64,000 nucleotides of DNA from OCS116 cluster bacterium AG-435-F03. GTDB taxonomy: Bacteria > Pseudomonadota > Alphaproteobacteria > MED-G09. The translations under genes were made by a program, and so were the position numbers. Where the stretch lies: NCBI GenBank assembly GCA_003212795.1, contig QCOV01000001.1:27321-91320 (forward strand), read 5' to 3'. Under the pieces are notes generated by a model, which was not told the origin of the DNA, did no database searches, and was given only the letters and a program-made list of their open reading frames with translations. This document shows positions 51,430 through 61,939 of the stretch, one piece after another (within the stretch, counting starts at the first letter, position 1; every line of letters starts with the position of its first letter).

Positions 51430-52542
51430 ATGTTTAGAAGGGGAAAGAAAATGAAAAATATTTTATATTTTTTTTTAACATTGGTTTTTTTATTTGATAA
51501 TGCCTTTGCTCAAACTCAAGACATTAAAAATGATCCTGATATATTGCCAGGCGTATTAAGAACTCCAGATAATAGATTTGAAAACTTAACTGATTATCCA
51601 TTTGAACCAAATTATATGGTTATAGATGGATTAAGGATTCATTATTTAGACGAAGGCCCTAAAGATGCTGACCCAATAATATTATTTCATGGCGAACCAG
51701 CATGGAGTTATTTATTTCGTAAAATGATACCTGTTTTAACGGATGCAGGACATCGCGTTATTGTTCCAGATATGGTTGGATTTGGAAAATCAGATAAATT
51801 TATTTCTAAATATGATTATAGTTACAAGCATCATATAGATCTGATGAAAGAGCTTGTAATTCAGTTAGATTTAAGGGAAGCAACACATTTTGGTCAAGAT
51901 TGGGGAGGTTTAGTTGGATTAAGAGTAGTTGCCGAATTACCTGACCGTTTTGCGAGGGTTGTTGTCTCGAATACAGGAATGATAGCTCGAGACGGTTTTT
52001 CAGGTTGGTTATTTGAAAATATTGTTAAACTTATTGTTTGGTGGCATGGACCTATTACATTTGAAGAATTAAAACTTGCCAGAGATAAGGCATTAAAAAA
52101 TAATAATCCTTCTCCTCTCCTAGGGGCTATTATGTTTTCAAAATGGATTGCTTATTCATATTATAGCGAAGATATGGATATCGTTGGTATTATAGAGAGT
52201 TTCGGTGGGTTAAGTTTATCAGAGGGTGAAAAAAGAGCTTATGAAGCTCCTTACCCAAGCGGTGAATATAAAGCTGGTCCACATGTATGGCCATATTTAA
52301 TCCCAACACAGCTTTCAGAAAATGAAAAATATTGGGTTGATGTATATGAAAATTGGGAAAAACCATTTTTGGTTGCATTTGGTGAAAATGAAAGAATTAC
52401 AATAAGAATGAAGGATGATTTTTTAGAACGAATTCCAAATCCAACTGTCATTACTCTAAAGGGAGCTAGTCATTTTGTTCAAGAAGAAGTAGGACCAGAA
52501 CTGGCAAAAATAATAGATGATTTTATCAAGAATAATCCTTGA
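51430..52542 (+). CDS. Haloalkane dehalogenase (HLD-I-like) with N-terminal signal peptide
   Basis: LRTPDNRF, HGEPAWSY, GFGKSDK, nucleophile QDWGG, AYEAPYP, SHFVQE; likely start ATG at 51451. Confidence 0.85.
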   Translation: MFRRGKKMKNILYFFLTLVFLFDNAFAQTQDIKNDPDILPGVLRTPDNRFENLTDYPFEPNYMVIDGLRIHYLDEGPKDADPIILFHGEPAWSYLFRKMIPVLTDAGHRVIVPDMVGFGKSDKFISKYDYSYKHHIDLMKELVIQLDLREATHFGQDWGGLVGLRVVAELPDRFARVVVSNTGMIARDGFSGWLFENIVKLIVWWHGPITFEELKLARDKALKNNNPSPLLGAIMFSKWIAYSYYSEDMDIVGIIESFGGLSLSEGEKRAYEAPYPSGEYKAGPHVWPYLIPTQLSENEKYWVDVYENWEKPFLVAFGENERITIRMKDDFLERIPNPTVITLKGASHFVQEEVGPELAKIIDDFIKNNP

Positions 52543-52610
52543 GAAGATGCAGTGTGAGAAGTAAAAGGTGTGATAGAATAGTTATGATTCTTTTTTGAGC
52601 TTTTTATAAA

Positions 52611-54002
52611 ATGATAAATATCAGGATTTGTACTTTAGTAATTGCGATTACCCTTTTCATAAGTGGCTGCTCATCTAATCAAAAAAAATATCTCAAAAAG
52701 TTACCAGATATTCCCTCAAACTGGTCCTCAGTCTATGCAGGTAATGAGAATTCTAATGGTTGGGTAAGTGAATTTAAAGACGAAACTCTATATGGTCTAA
52801 TAAAAGAAGCTCTAGAGAATAATAAGGACTTAGGCATTGCATACGAAAATATAAAAATTGCTAGAGCTAGAGCAGGAGCTTCACTTGCTCCATTATTACC
52901 AGCTATTAATATAGGAGCAGCAAAAAGCCAAATATCAACAACTATCCAAAATCCTAATGGTGAAGTTGAAAGAATTTATAATTATCGTGACAGCCTTACA
53001 ACCCAACTCAATTGGGAAATTGATATATGGGGTAGATTATCGACTAGATCCAGAGCTTCATATCTCAATGCTAAATCAGTTTACAATGACTATGAGGCAG
53101 CGAAATTGTCTATTGTAGGGTTAACTGCGCAAGCTTGGTATTTGTTTTGTGAGTCTAAGCTTCAAACTGATTTAGCTGAGAGAAATCTTCAAACAAGACT
53201 TAGTACACTTAAAAGAGTTGAAAGTAGGTACCAAAAAGGGATAGCTCAAAGTAGAGATCTCCGTTTAGCAAGATCGGAGGTAGAGTCAAGAAAAGCTGAA
53301 CTTTTAAATAGGAAAAAAGCTCTTTCTGAGGCATCAAGAAACCTTGAAATTATTATAGGAAGATATCCGAGTTCAAGTATATCAGCAGATATCTTACCAG
53401 GATTACCGCCTAAACCTATTTTAGGTTCTCCAGAAGATGTTCTCAAAAATAGGCCAGATATTATTAGTTCAGAAATCCAGTTAGAGCAGGCTGGTTTAGA
53501 GGTCACTGCAGCAAGACTTGCTTTCCTTCCAAGCTTAAATATAACTGCACAATGGTCAACCTCAGAGAGGGATTGGTCAGATGCATTTGACCCTGATAGA
53601 CTTGCAGGGAATATAATAGCCAGTTTAACGCAATCAATTTTTCAGGGTGGTACTAGAATTGCTCAGAGTAAAATTACTGAGTCTCAGATGAAGATAATTC
53701 TTAACCAGTACTCAAAAACCTTACTTAATGCTGCAAGAGAAATTGAGGATGCATTATTCGCTGAAAATATTCTCCAAGATAGAGAAGAGTCATTATTAAA
53801 TGCTTTCAAAGAAGCAAAAGCTGCAGAAGAACTAACAATTGATCAGTATAACAGAGGTGTTTCAACTATTTTTGAACTTCTAGATGCTCAGTCCAGAAGA
53901 CTAAGTGCAGAAAGTTTATTGATAAATTCAAGTCTTTTGAGAATCACTAATAGAATAAAATTACACTTAGCCATATCTTCGCCATTATTTGAGGAGATAT
54001 AA
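52611..54002 (+). CDS. RND outer-membrane factor lipoprotein (NodT/OprM-like)
   Basis: Lipobox ISGC, WEIDIWGR, RPDI, AFLPSL. Confidence 0.9.
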   Translation: MINIRICTLVIAITLFISGCSSNQKKYLKKLPDIPSNWSSVYAGNENSNGWVSEFKDETLYGLIKEALENNKDLGIAYENIKIARARAGASLAPLLPAINIGAAKSQISTTIQNPNGEVERIYNYRDSLTTQLNWEIDIWGRLSTRSRASYLNAKSVYNDYEAAKLSIVGLTAQAWYLFCESKLQTDLAERNLQTRLSTLKRVESRYQKGIAQSRDLRLARSEVESRKAELLNRKKALSEASRNLEIIIGRYPSSSISADILPGLPPKPILGSPEDVLKNRPDIISSEIQLEQAGLEVTAARLAFLPSLNITAQWSTSERDWSDAFDPDRLAGNIIASLTQSIFQGGTRIAQSKITESQMKIILNQYSKTLLNAAREIEDALFAENILQDREESLLNAFKEAKAAEELTIDQYNRGVSTIFELLDAQSRRLSAESLLINSSLLRITNRIKLHLAISSPLFEEI

Positions 54003-55185
54003 AGCTATGAGAGCTATACTAAGAGTAATTTTTGCTTCAAGATTTTTACCAGTTATAATTTTAATATTTGGTTTATTTATATCTTTTGTAATTTCTTCAA
54101 CTGACCCAAAACCAAATAAAGGTATTGAAATACCAAAACCCACAGCAGTTTTTTATGATAATCCTCAAAAAAAAGATGTAACCCTTAGAGTAACAACTAA
54201 CGGTGAAGTAAGGTCTGTTACTGAAATAAATGTTATACCTCAAGTTAGCGGAAGAATAATCCAGGTTGCTGATGAATTTATTGACGGTGGAAACATAAAA
54301 AAAGGCCAGCCATTAATCTGGATAGATGATCGAGATTATAAACTTGCAACTATTTCAGCAGAGTCAAGAGTTGCGCAGGCAAAGAAATTGTTAGAAAGAG
54401 AAATTGCTGAGAGTGAGTTGGCGAGAAAAGATTGGGAAGAGCTTGGAGAAGGCGAGGCCAGTCCTCTTACTCTACGAATACCTCAGCTTGAGGAAGCAAG
54501 AGCCCTTTTAAATGCTGCTGAAGCTGATTTAGAAAAAGCAAAATTAAACCTTGAAAGAACAATAATTAGCTTACCTTTTGATGGGTTAATCAAAAAAAAG
54601 AATGCTGGGATTGGTCAATATGTTAATGCAGGATCAATCTTGGGGTCAGCCTTTTCAACAGAAAAAGTTTTGATACCCCTTCCATTGACCGATACTGAAT
54701 TATCTTATTTAGGTTTACCTCTTGGATATGAGTCAAAAGGTTATTTTGATGGTCCTAAGGTTATTTTTAGATCTTTTATATCTAGAGAATATATTGAATG
54801 GAATGGTAGAATTACAAGAACTTCAGGTTCAATTGATAGCCAAACAAGGCTTGTATATGCTTATGCAGAAGTAATCAATCCTTATGATGAAAGCCCTCCT
54901 TTAGCTATTGGAACATATGTCGATGCAGAAATTGAAGGGAATTTTATATCTGGAGGTTTTGTTATTCCTAATGCTGCAATTAAGAACGGAAATGAAATTT
55001 ACTTGATTGATAATGATAACAAATTAAGAATTAAGAAAATTGAAGTTGTTGGGACTGAAAATGAGGATGTGATAATTTTTGGCGATATTGATGAAAATGA
55101 TATGATAGTTGTTTCAACATTAAATACTGGGTATGAAGGAATGGAATTAACTCCTATGAAATTAGAAAATAAAGAGACTTTATAA
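53989..55185 (+). CDS. RND membrane fusion protein
   Basis: PQVSGRI, lipoyl/hairpin pattern, LERTIISLPFDG; likely start ATG at 54007. Confidence 0.9.
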   Translation: MRRYKAMRAILRVIFASRFLPVIILIFGLFISFVISSTDPKPNKGIEIPKPTAVFYDNPQKKDVTLRVTTNGEVRSVTEINVIPQVSGRIIQVADEFIDGGNIKKGQPLIWIDDRDYKLATISAESRVAQAKKLLEREIAESELARKDWEELGEGEASPLTLRIPQLEEARALLNAAEADLEKAKLNLERTIISLPFDGLIKKKNAGIGQYVNAGSILGSAFSTEKVLIPLPLTDTELSYLGLPLGYESKGYFDGPKVIFRSFISREYIEWNGRITRTSGSIDSQTRLVYAYAEVINPYDESPPLAIGTYVDAEIEGNFISGGFVIPNAAIKNGNEIYLIDNDNKLRIKKIEVVGTENEDVIIFGDIDENDMIVVSTLNTGYEGMELTPMKLENKETL

Positions 55186-58100
55186 GTGTATAAGATGATT
55201 TCATGGTGGGCAAGAAACCCCAAGGCAGCAAACCTTTTAATGGCTGGGATTATAATTGTTGGAATAGCAACTTTTTCTCGAATCGAACAAGAAGTTTTTC
55301 CTAAAATTTCTGCCCCTATAGTTTCTGTTCATTATGTCTGGCCTGGGGCCTCACCTAAGGAAGTTGAGGATCAAATTTTGGTTAGAGTTGAAGAATCTCT
55401 TAGAGATATTGAAGGAATAGAAAAACTAAGAGGCTTTGCTCAAGAAAGTTTTGGAGCAATCTATGTTCAAGCTTTTGCCGGGACAGATATTAATAATTTA
55501 ATTCAAGAGGTTAAGCGAGAGGTGGATGCGGTTGTCTCTATACCGTCAGATGTTGAGCCTCCTGTTGTAGATGATGCATCATTTGAGTTTCCCATAATGG
55601 CTATAGCGCTTTCTGGTGATGTATCGGAAAAGAAGCTTACAAAAACCGCACGTTTATTAAGAGATGAATTAGCTCTTCAACCACATGTTGATGTCGTAAA
55701 TTTAATGGGCGTAAGAAAAGAGGAAATATCAATAGAATTATCTGAAACTGCAATGAGAAGGTACGGCCTAAATTTTGATAATGTTGCTAATGCAATTAGG
55801 AAAAACTCAATAAATTTATCATCTGGGAATATAAAGGCTCAAACCGGAACCCTTCAACTTGCCACACGTAATCTTGGCGATTCACTTGAAGACTTTAATG
55901 AGATTGTAATTTTACAAACACCAGATGGAGGAAAAATAAAAGTTTCTGATGTTGCTACTGTTGTTGATGGATTTGAAGATAAAGATACCGCTGATATTTT
56001 AATAAATGTTGATACAGGCAAATCTTCAGCTGTAACAGGCTTAATGGTTATGTCTTCAAGCAATATGAATGTTGTAAAGACCTCAAAATCGGTGAATGAA
56101 TGGATTGATAGTAAACAAGGCACCTTACCTGAAGGTATTTCACTAAATTTATGGACTGATCAATCTGAACTTTATAAAGGAAGAATGAATCTAATAGTAA
56201 GAGCAGCATATGGAGGTCTAATTTTAGTGTTTTTCATATTGATGCTTTTTCTTCGTCCTGCAGTTGCAATCTGGTGTTCGATTGGTATCGGGACAGCATT
56301 TACAGGCTCTTTGATATTCCTTCCGGGAATGGATATCTCATTGAATGTTATTTCCCTATTTGCTTTTCTATTGGTAATAGGAATTATTGTTGATGATGCT
56401 GTTATTGTTGGTGAGAATATTCATCTCGAATATGAGAGAGGGAGAACCGGAACAGATGCCGCAATTACAGGTGCATATTTGGTATCAAAGCCAGTATTTT
56501 TTGCTGTCATAACTACTATGATAGCATTTGTTCCTTGGTTATTGCTTGATGGTTGGCAAGTCCAATTCGTTAAAAATATATCTTATATTGTGTTATTTGC
56601 TCTTGCCTTTTCTCTTATTGAGGCTTTTTTTATATTGCCTTCTCACCTCTCAAATTTAAAACCTCATAATGAAACATCAAAATTTGCAAAAATACAAAAA
56701 AGATTTGCAGATGGAATAGTAAGGTACGGAAAATCTCATTATATGCCTGTACTGATTGCTGCATTAAGCAAAAGATATACAGCATTGGCTTGTTTTGTTT
56801 CAATATTAATAATCGTTGTGTCTGTATCATCTTCAAATTGGATATCTAAAAGTTTTTTCCCAAATGTTGAGGATGATGAGTTAACTATTCTAATTAACTT
56901 ACCATCTGGATCACCTTTTTCACGAACAGAGGAAGTTGGAAGAAAGATTCAAAGTGCTGGATATCAAGTTATTGAGTTTTATAGAGGAAAAGATAATGCC
57001 ATAAAAGGTATTTTATTAATGCTAGATGAAAACAAGATAACAACATATGTTAATTTACATGATCCATCTGTTAGGGATGCCTCTGCAAAAGAAATAGCTA
57101 ACTTATATAGAGATTATATTGGAGATGTTCCTGATGCTGAGAATTTTGCTATAGGCACTCAAATAGGAAGAGACAGTACAGCCGCAGATCTAGAATTTAA
57201 TATTAGCTCACAGGACTCAGAAAGTTTAATTTCTGCTTCTGAGGAATTTATGGGTAAATTACGCTCATATGATTCAATTTATGATGTGAATACAAGTTTA
57301 AACAGCGCTGCAACTGAATTACAAATTTCTTTAAAACCAAATGCTGAAAAAATTGGATTAACATTAGGGGAAATTTCGCGTCAATTGAGACAGGCTTATT
57401 ACGGTGAAGAAGTTCAAAGGTTACCAAGAGAGGGTGATGATGTTAAGGTTATGGTTCATTATCCAAAAAAGCTTAGAAGATCAGTAGATAGCCTTACTAA
57501 GTTTAGAATAAGAACTCCAGATGGAAGAGAAGTCCCATTTATGTCCGTAGCCAGCGTTCAACAATCTCCTGGTATAACGAAAATAGAGAGAACAGATGGT
57601 AAGAAAAGTGCTACCATAGGTGCATACGCTCTACCTGGTCAAAGGTCACAAGTTTTGACAGATTTTAGAGAGAACTTTCTCCCTCTTTGGGAAGCAAAAT
57701 ATAATGATGTCTCATGGTCTTTTTCAGGTGAAGCAGAGGGCGAAGATCAGTTTTTTGCTGAAATACGATTTTTGTCACTTGTCGCATTTCTTACAATGTT
57801 TGCTCTTTTATCCATTGCATTTAAATCATATTTTTTACCATTAATAATTTTATCTGCATTACCATTTGGTTTTTGTGGAGCAGTAATTGGTCATGTAGTT
57901 TTTGGAAAGGGCTTATCCATGATTTCTTACTGGGGAATAGGAGCAGCATGTGGCGTTGTCATTAACGACAACCTCGTCCTTGTTGATTATATTAATAGAG
58001 TTAGAAAAAGTGGAAAACATCTTCTTGAAGCCGTAATCGAAGCGGGCGTTGTTAGGTTTAGGCCAATAGTTATTACATCAATAACTACTTTTGTAGGGCT

Positions 58101-58302
58101 TATGCCCATTATGCTTGAGCCATCAGTTCAAGCAAATTTCTTAAAGCCAGCAGTTATATCTCTAACATGTGGAGTTGTTTTATGTGCGCCTGTAACTTTA
58201 ATCTTAGTACCTTGTTTAATGGTTATTGGTGCAGATATAAAAGAAGTTTTGATTAGAATTCCACAGGCTATAAAAAAACAATTCAGCCCTAATGCGACTT
58301 AA
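55186..58302 (+). CDS. RND efflux permease (AcrB/AcrD/AcrF superfamily)
   Basis: PGASPKEVE, GIIVDDAVIVGENI, RFRPIVITS; 1038 aa; GTG start. Confidence 0.93.
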   Translation: MYKMISWWARNPKAANLLMAGIIIVGIATFSRIEQEVFPKISAPIVSVHYVWPGASPKEVEDQILVRVEESLRDIEGIEKLRGFAQESFGAIYVQAFAGTDINNLIQEVKREVDAVVSIPSDVEPPVVDDASFEFPIMAIALSGDVSEKKLTKTARLLRDELALQPHVDVVNLMGVRKEEISIELSETAMRRYGLNFDNVANAIRKNSINLSSGNIKAQTGTLQLATRNLGDSLEDFNEIVILQTPDGGKIKVSDVATVVDGFEDKDTADILINVDTGKSSAVTGLMVMSSSNMNVVKTSKSVNEWIDSKQGTLPEGISLNLWTDQSELYKGRMNLIVRAAYGGLILVFFILMLFLRPAVAIWCSIGIGTAFTGSLIFLPGMDISLNVISLFAFLLVIGIIVDDAVIVGENIHLEYERGRTGTDAAITGAYLVSKPVFFAVITTMIAFVPWLLLDGWQVQFVKNISYIVLFALAFSLIEAFFILPSHLSNLKPHNETSKFAKIQKRFADGIVRYGKSHYMPVLIAALSKRYTALACFVSILIIVVSVSSSNWISKSFFPNVEDDELTILINLPSGSPFSRTEEVGRKIQSAGYQVIEFYRGKDNAIKGILLMLDENKITTYVNLHDPSVRDASAKEIANLYRDYIGDVPDAENFAIGTQIGRDSTAADLEFNISSQDSESLISASEEFMGKLRSYDSIYDVNTSLNSAATELQISLKPNAEKIGLTLGEISRQLRQAYYGEEVQRLPREGDDVKVMVHYPKKLRRSVDSLTKFRIRTPDGREVPFMSVASVQQSPGITKIERTDGKKSATIGAYALPGQRSQVLTDFRENFLPLWEAKYNDVSWSFSGEAEGEDQFFAEIRFLSLVAFLTMFALLSIAFKSYFLPLIILSALPFGFCGAVIGHVVFGKGLSMISYWGIGAACGVVINDNLVLVDYINRVRKSGKHLLEAVIEAGVVRFRPIVITSITTFVGLMPIMLEPSVQANFLKPAVISLTCGVVLCAPVTLILVPCLMVIGADIKEVLIRIPQAIKKQFSPNAT

Positions 58303-58347
58303 TAGGCAAAAATAAACAAGACAATATAATTAAAATTACTTAGTAAT

Positions 58348-58377
58348 TTGACAAAGCTTACATCTATTTGGCATAGT
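58348..58377 (+). promoter_or_regulatory. Putative sigma70 promoter of the small ORF-P450-rhodanese unit
   Basis: TTGACA-N18-CATAGT with TGn extension. Confidence 0.4.
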
Positions 58378-58398
58378 TTCATCTTGGGTTTTTAAATA

Positions 58399-58611
58399 TT
58401 GGGGGTTATTTTGAATCCGTTAATAAGAAAATATAAATATACAATTGATTGGATAAACTCAAAAGGTGAGATGGTTCAAAATATTATTGATGCGAAATCT
58501 ATGCAGGAGGCAATGAAAAAGCTACAAATTCTGCGTGGTAAGAAATTTAGCAAAAGTGGTTTTGGAAGGCCAAGATTTGTTAATATTAAAGAAAAAAAAG
58601 ATATCGAATAG
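58399..58611 (+). CDS. Small basic hypothetical protein
   Basis: Fills the gap between the RND and P450 genes, stop 8 nt before the P450 ATG; TTG start (58399 or 58411). Confidence 0.6.
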   Translation: MGVILNPLIRKYKYTIDWINSKGEMVQNIIDAKSMQEAMKKLQILRGKKFSKSGFGRPRFVNIKEKKDIE

Positions 58612-58619
58612 TTTAGCAA

Positions 58620-59864
58620 ATGAATAAAGAAAATTTTAAAAAAATAGCCTACCCTGAGACTTATGCCGATGAAAAAGAGCTTCATGATATTTTTACTTTT
58701 ATGAGAAGAGAAGATCCGGTTTCATGGGTTGAACCAGATCAATTTAGGCCATTTTGGGCTATCACAAAACATGAAGACATTATTGAGATAGAAAAACAAA
58801 ATGAATTATTTATAAACGACCCACGTACTACTTTGATGGATATTCCAACAGAAGATGCAATTAAAGAATTCACTGGAGGAAGCCATTTGCTTGTAAGATC
58901 ATTAGTTCATATGGATAATCCTGATCATCAATTATATAGATCATTAACGCAAAAATGGTTTGCCCCACCAAATCTAGAGTCTTTAAAAAAAGATATAAGA
59001 AATATTGCTAAGGAATATGTAAATAAAATGGTTGATCATGGTAATGAATGTGATTTTGCAAAAGATGTTGCTATTTTTTACCCTTTAAGAGTTATCATGT
59101 CTATTTTAGGAGTCCCTAAAGAAGATGAACCAAGAATGTTACGTTTAACTCAAGAATTATTTGGCGGACGTGATGAAGATATGATTAGAGATGAAAGTGA
59201 AACTTCTTCGGAGTCGAACACAATTACAGATTTTTTTGAATATTTTAATGCCTTAACTGAGGATAGAAGAAAGAATCCTACAAACGATGTTTCTAGCGTA
59301 ATCGCGAATGCAAAAATAAATAATGAACAATTAGGTCATCTTGAGGCTATGTCATATTATGTAATTATTGCCACTGCTGGTCACGATACAACATCATCTT
59401 CTACAGCAGGAGGGATTTTAGCTTTAATAGAAAACCCAGATCAATTATCAAAACTAAAGAATAACCCCAGCTTAATGACAAGTGCTGTTGAAGAAACAAT
59501 ACGATGGGTTACTCCAGTTAAAAGTTTTTTTAGAACAGCTACCCAAAATTATGATTTAAAAGATAGAGAAATAAAAAAAGATGACTCAATTTTATTATGT
59601 TATCCATCAGGAAATAGAGATGAAGAAATCTTTGATGATCCTTTTAAATTTAAAGTTGATAGAAGCCCAAATAGGCATTTAGCATTTGGTCATGGGGCAC
59701 ATTTATGTTTAGGAAAGTATCTTGCAAAAATTGAAATGGAAATTTTTTATGAAGAATTATTTAAAAAGATTGATAATATTCAGTTAAATGGTGAGCCTGA
59801 ATGGGTTAAAGCAAGCTTTGTTTCAGGTTTAAAATCTCTTCCAATAAAATACACTTTGCAATAA
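58620..59864 (+). CDS. Cytochrome P450 (CYP108/P450terp-like)
   Basis: I-helix IATAGHDTTSSS, ETIR, heme motif FGHGAHLCLG. Confidence 0.93.
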   Translation: MNKENFKKIAYPETYADEKELHDIFTFMRREDPVSWVEPDQFRPFWAITKHEDIIEIEKQNELFINDPRTTLMDIPTEDAIKEFTGGSHLLVRSLVHMDNPDHQLYRSLTQKWFAPPNLESLKKDIRNIAKEYVNKMVDHGNECDFAKDVAIFYPLRVIMSILGVPKEDEPRMLRLTQELFGGRDEDMIRDESETSSESNTITDFFEYFNALTEDRRKNPTNDVSSVIANAKINNEQLGHLEAMSYYVIIATAGHDTTSSSTAGGILALIENPDQLSKLKNNPSLMTSAVEETIRWVTPVKSFFRTATQNYDLKDREIKKDDSILLCYPSGNRDEEIFDDPFKFKVDRSPNRHLAFGHGAHLCLGKYLAKIEMEIFYEELFKKIDNIQLNGEPEWVKASFVSGLKSLPIKYTLQ

Positions 59865-59877
59865 AGGAGCAATCATA

Positions 59878-60252
59878 ATGAAAACTTTTCAAGAAATTTT
59901 AAAAGAAGCTAATGATAGCGTCCCATCCATAACCCCTGATGAAGCAAAATCTTTACAAGATGACGGTGCATTAATTATTGATATTAGGGAATTAGAGGAA
60001 ATCCAGATCTCTGGTAAAGTAAAAGGCTCTTATCATATTCCAAGAGGACTGCTTGAATTTCAAACAAAACTAGTTAACCCGAATGGTTTAGAGGGTTTTG
60101 ATACAGAAAACACAATAATATTATATTGCGCTTCAGGCGGTAGAGCAGCCTTAGCAGGAAAAGCATTAAAAGATTTAGGTTTTGAAAAAGTTTTTAATCT
60201 AGGTGGTTTAAAGGATTGGTTAGTCGCTGAATTACCTGTTGAAGAAATATAA
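59878..60252 (+). CDS. Single-domain rhodanese-like sulfurtransferase
   Basis: IDIRE, HIPRGLLEF, YCASGGRA, LGGLKDW; AAGGAG RBS. Confidence 0.9.
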   Translation: MKTFQEILKEANDSVPSITPDEAKSLQDDGALIIDIRELEEIQISGKVKGSYHIPRGLLEFQTKLVNPNGLEGFDTENTIILYCASGGRAALAGKALKDLGFEKVFNLGGLKDWLVAELPVEEI

Positions 60253-60253
60253 T

Positions 60254-60709
60254 TTAAAATTTCATCATTCCATAATCATCAGCCTCAGAATCAAGGTTAG
60301 CCGGATCATGGGTTTTGGCATTTAGCTCTGTATCTAAAAACTCATATACTTCAATTATTTTTGAATTTTCAATTTTAAATATCTGACAATAAGTTGTTTC
60401 AAAATCTGTACCATCAGTTGTTTCAGCTTTTCCAGTCATCAAGCCTACCGCTCTCTCTTCATCAGCACACATTATTTTCCATTTACCAGCAAATTCAACG
60501 GTTTCAGGTTTAAAAGATTTCATTACAGATGGCACCAGCTCACCGTAAACTCTATCCCTTCCTTCCCATCTTCCAGAAAATGGACCAGTTCCAATCATAT
60601 GAAAAATAACATCTTCACTCATTAAATTAATAACAGTATCGAAATCCCCTTGATTGATAGATTTGTAATATGTTTCCATTATTTGTCTATTTGTCGCGGC
60701 TTTGTTCAT
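60254..60709 (-). CDS. SnoaL/NTF2-like (ketosteroid isomerase-like) protein
   Basis: 'GDFDTVINLMSEDV', 'GPFSGRWEG', 'KIIEVYEFLDT'. Confidence 0.85.
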   Translation of the reverse strand: MNKAATNRQIMETYYKSINQGDFDTVINLMSEDVIFHMIGTGPFSGRWEGRDRVYGELVPSVMKSFKPETVEFAGKWKIMCADEERAVGLMTGKAETTDGTDFETTYCQIFKIENSKIIEVYEFLDTELNAKTHDPANLDSEADDYGMMKF

Positions 60710-60793
60710 TTACATACCTTTTATTGTTGTTTAGTTTCTAATTTATTTCTATAAGACTAATTATATGCAGTCAAAATAATAAGGAGTTATTTA

Positions 60794-61939
60794 ATGAGTA
60801 TTCCATTTAATTTTCGGTTAACTGACTTTCCTGTTGAAGCAGAAACTCTGCGTCTTGAAGTTAGAGAATTTCTATCATCCGCATTAGTAGATGTACCTAA
60901 GGAGACTAGAGCAGAAACTTGGTACGGAGCTGACGAAGGTTTCAGTAGAAAAGTTGGTGAAAGAGGGTGGATTGGTTTGAGTTGGCCTACTGAATATGGC
61001 GGATCAGGTAGATCAGCTATGGAAAGATATGTTGTGCTCGAAGAAATGTTAACTGCAGGGGCTCCTGTAGGCGCTCATTGGATAGCTGACCGTCAATCTG
61101 GACCACTTATAATTCGATATGGAACACCCGAGCAACAAGAGAAAATATTACCTGGTATTCTTAGAGGTGAGACATATTTCTGTATTGGAATGTCTGAACC
61201 TGACTCAGGCTCAGATCTTGCTGCATTGAGAACTAAGGCAGAAAAAAAAGGCAATAAATATATTGTAAATGGAACAAAATTGTGGACTTCTGGGGCACAG
61301 CGCTGCCAATATATGATAGCTCTTTTTAGGACATCAAAAGAAGAAGATAGACACGGAGGTTTCAGTCAATTTATTGTTGATTTATCGCTTCCAGGAGTAA
61401 CAATAAGACCTATTATTGATCTTGCAGGTAGACATCATTTTAATGAAGTCGTATTTGAAGATGTAGAGGTTCCAGAAACAATGCTTGTTGGCAAGGAAGG
61501 TGATGGATGGAACCAGGTTACTGCAGAATTAGCTTTAGAAAGATCTGGTCCTGAGAGGTATTTATCAAGTTATGCCTTGCTACAAGAATTAATAAAAGAG
61601 TTTTCAGAAAGAAATGATTATGAAGGTGTTACAGAAATTGGAAGACAAATGGCGCATCTAACTACTTTAAGACAAATGTCAGTTTCTGTTGCAGGTATGT
61701 TAAATGATGGAGAGAATCCTGCATTAGAAGCTTCAGTTGTTAAAGATCTCGGGGCTGTTTTTGAACAAGACTTACCTAATATAGCTCATAGACTAATGGA
61801 CCTAGAACCTGATAATCAAGGTAATGATTTTCAAAAATACCTCGCAATATTAACTCAGATCTCTCCTTCTTTCTCTCTTAGAGGCGGAACAAGAGAAATT
61901 TTAAGAGGCATTATAGCAAGGGGGTTAGGTTTAAGATAA
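60794..61939 (+). CDS. Acyl-CoA dehydrogenase, catalytic subunit of a probable alpha2beta2 pair
   Basis: IGMSEPDSGSDLA, ELALERSGPER, SLRGGTREI. Confidence 0.9.
   Translation: MSIPFNFRLTDFPVEAETLRLEVREFLSSALVDVPKETRAETWYGADEGFSRKVGERGWIGLSWPTEYGGSGRSAMERYVVLEEMLTAGAPVGAHWIADRQSGPLIIRYGTPEQQEKILPGILRGETYFCIGMSEPDSGSDLAALRTKAEKKGNKYIVNGTKLWTSGAQRCQYMIALFRTSKEEDRHGGFSQFIVDLSLPGVTIRPIIDLAGRHHFNEVVFEDVEVPETMLVGKEGDGWNQVTAELALERSGPERYLSSYALLQELIKEFSERNDYEGVTEIGRQMAHLTTLRQMSVSVAGMLNDGENPALEASVVKDLGAVFEQDLPNIAHRLMDLEPDNQGNDFQKYLAILTQISPSFSLRGGTREILRGIIARGLGLR

Noticed and set aside
52540..52580. Short repeats (TGAGAAG, GTGTGA) between the dehalogenase and OMF genes
   Set aside because: Too short and imperfect for a CRISPR or REP element; only 2-3 copies
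58369..58383. TGGCATAGTTTCATC as a sigma54 promoter
   Set aside because: The -12 TTGC is missing; a sigma70-like reading fits better
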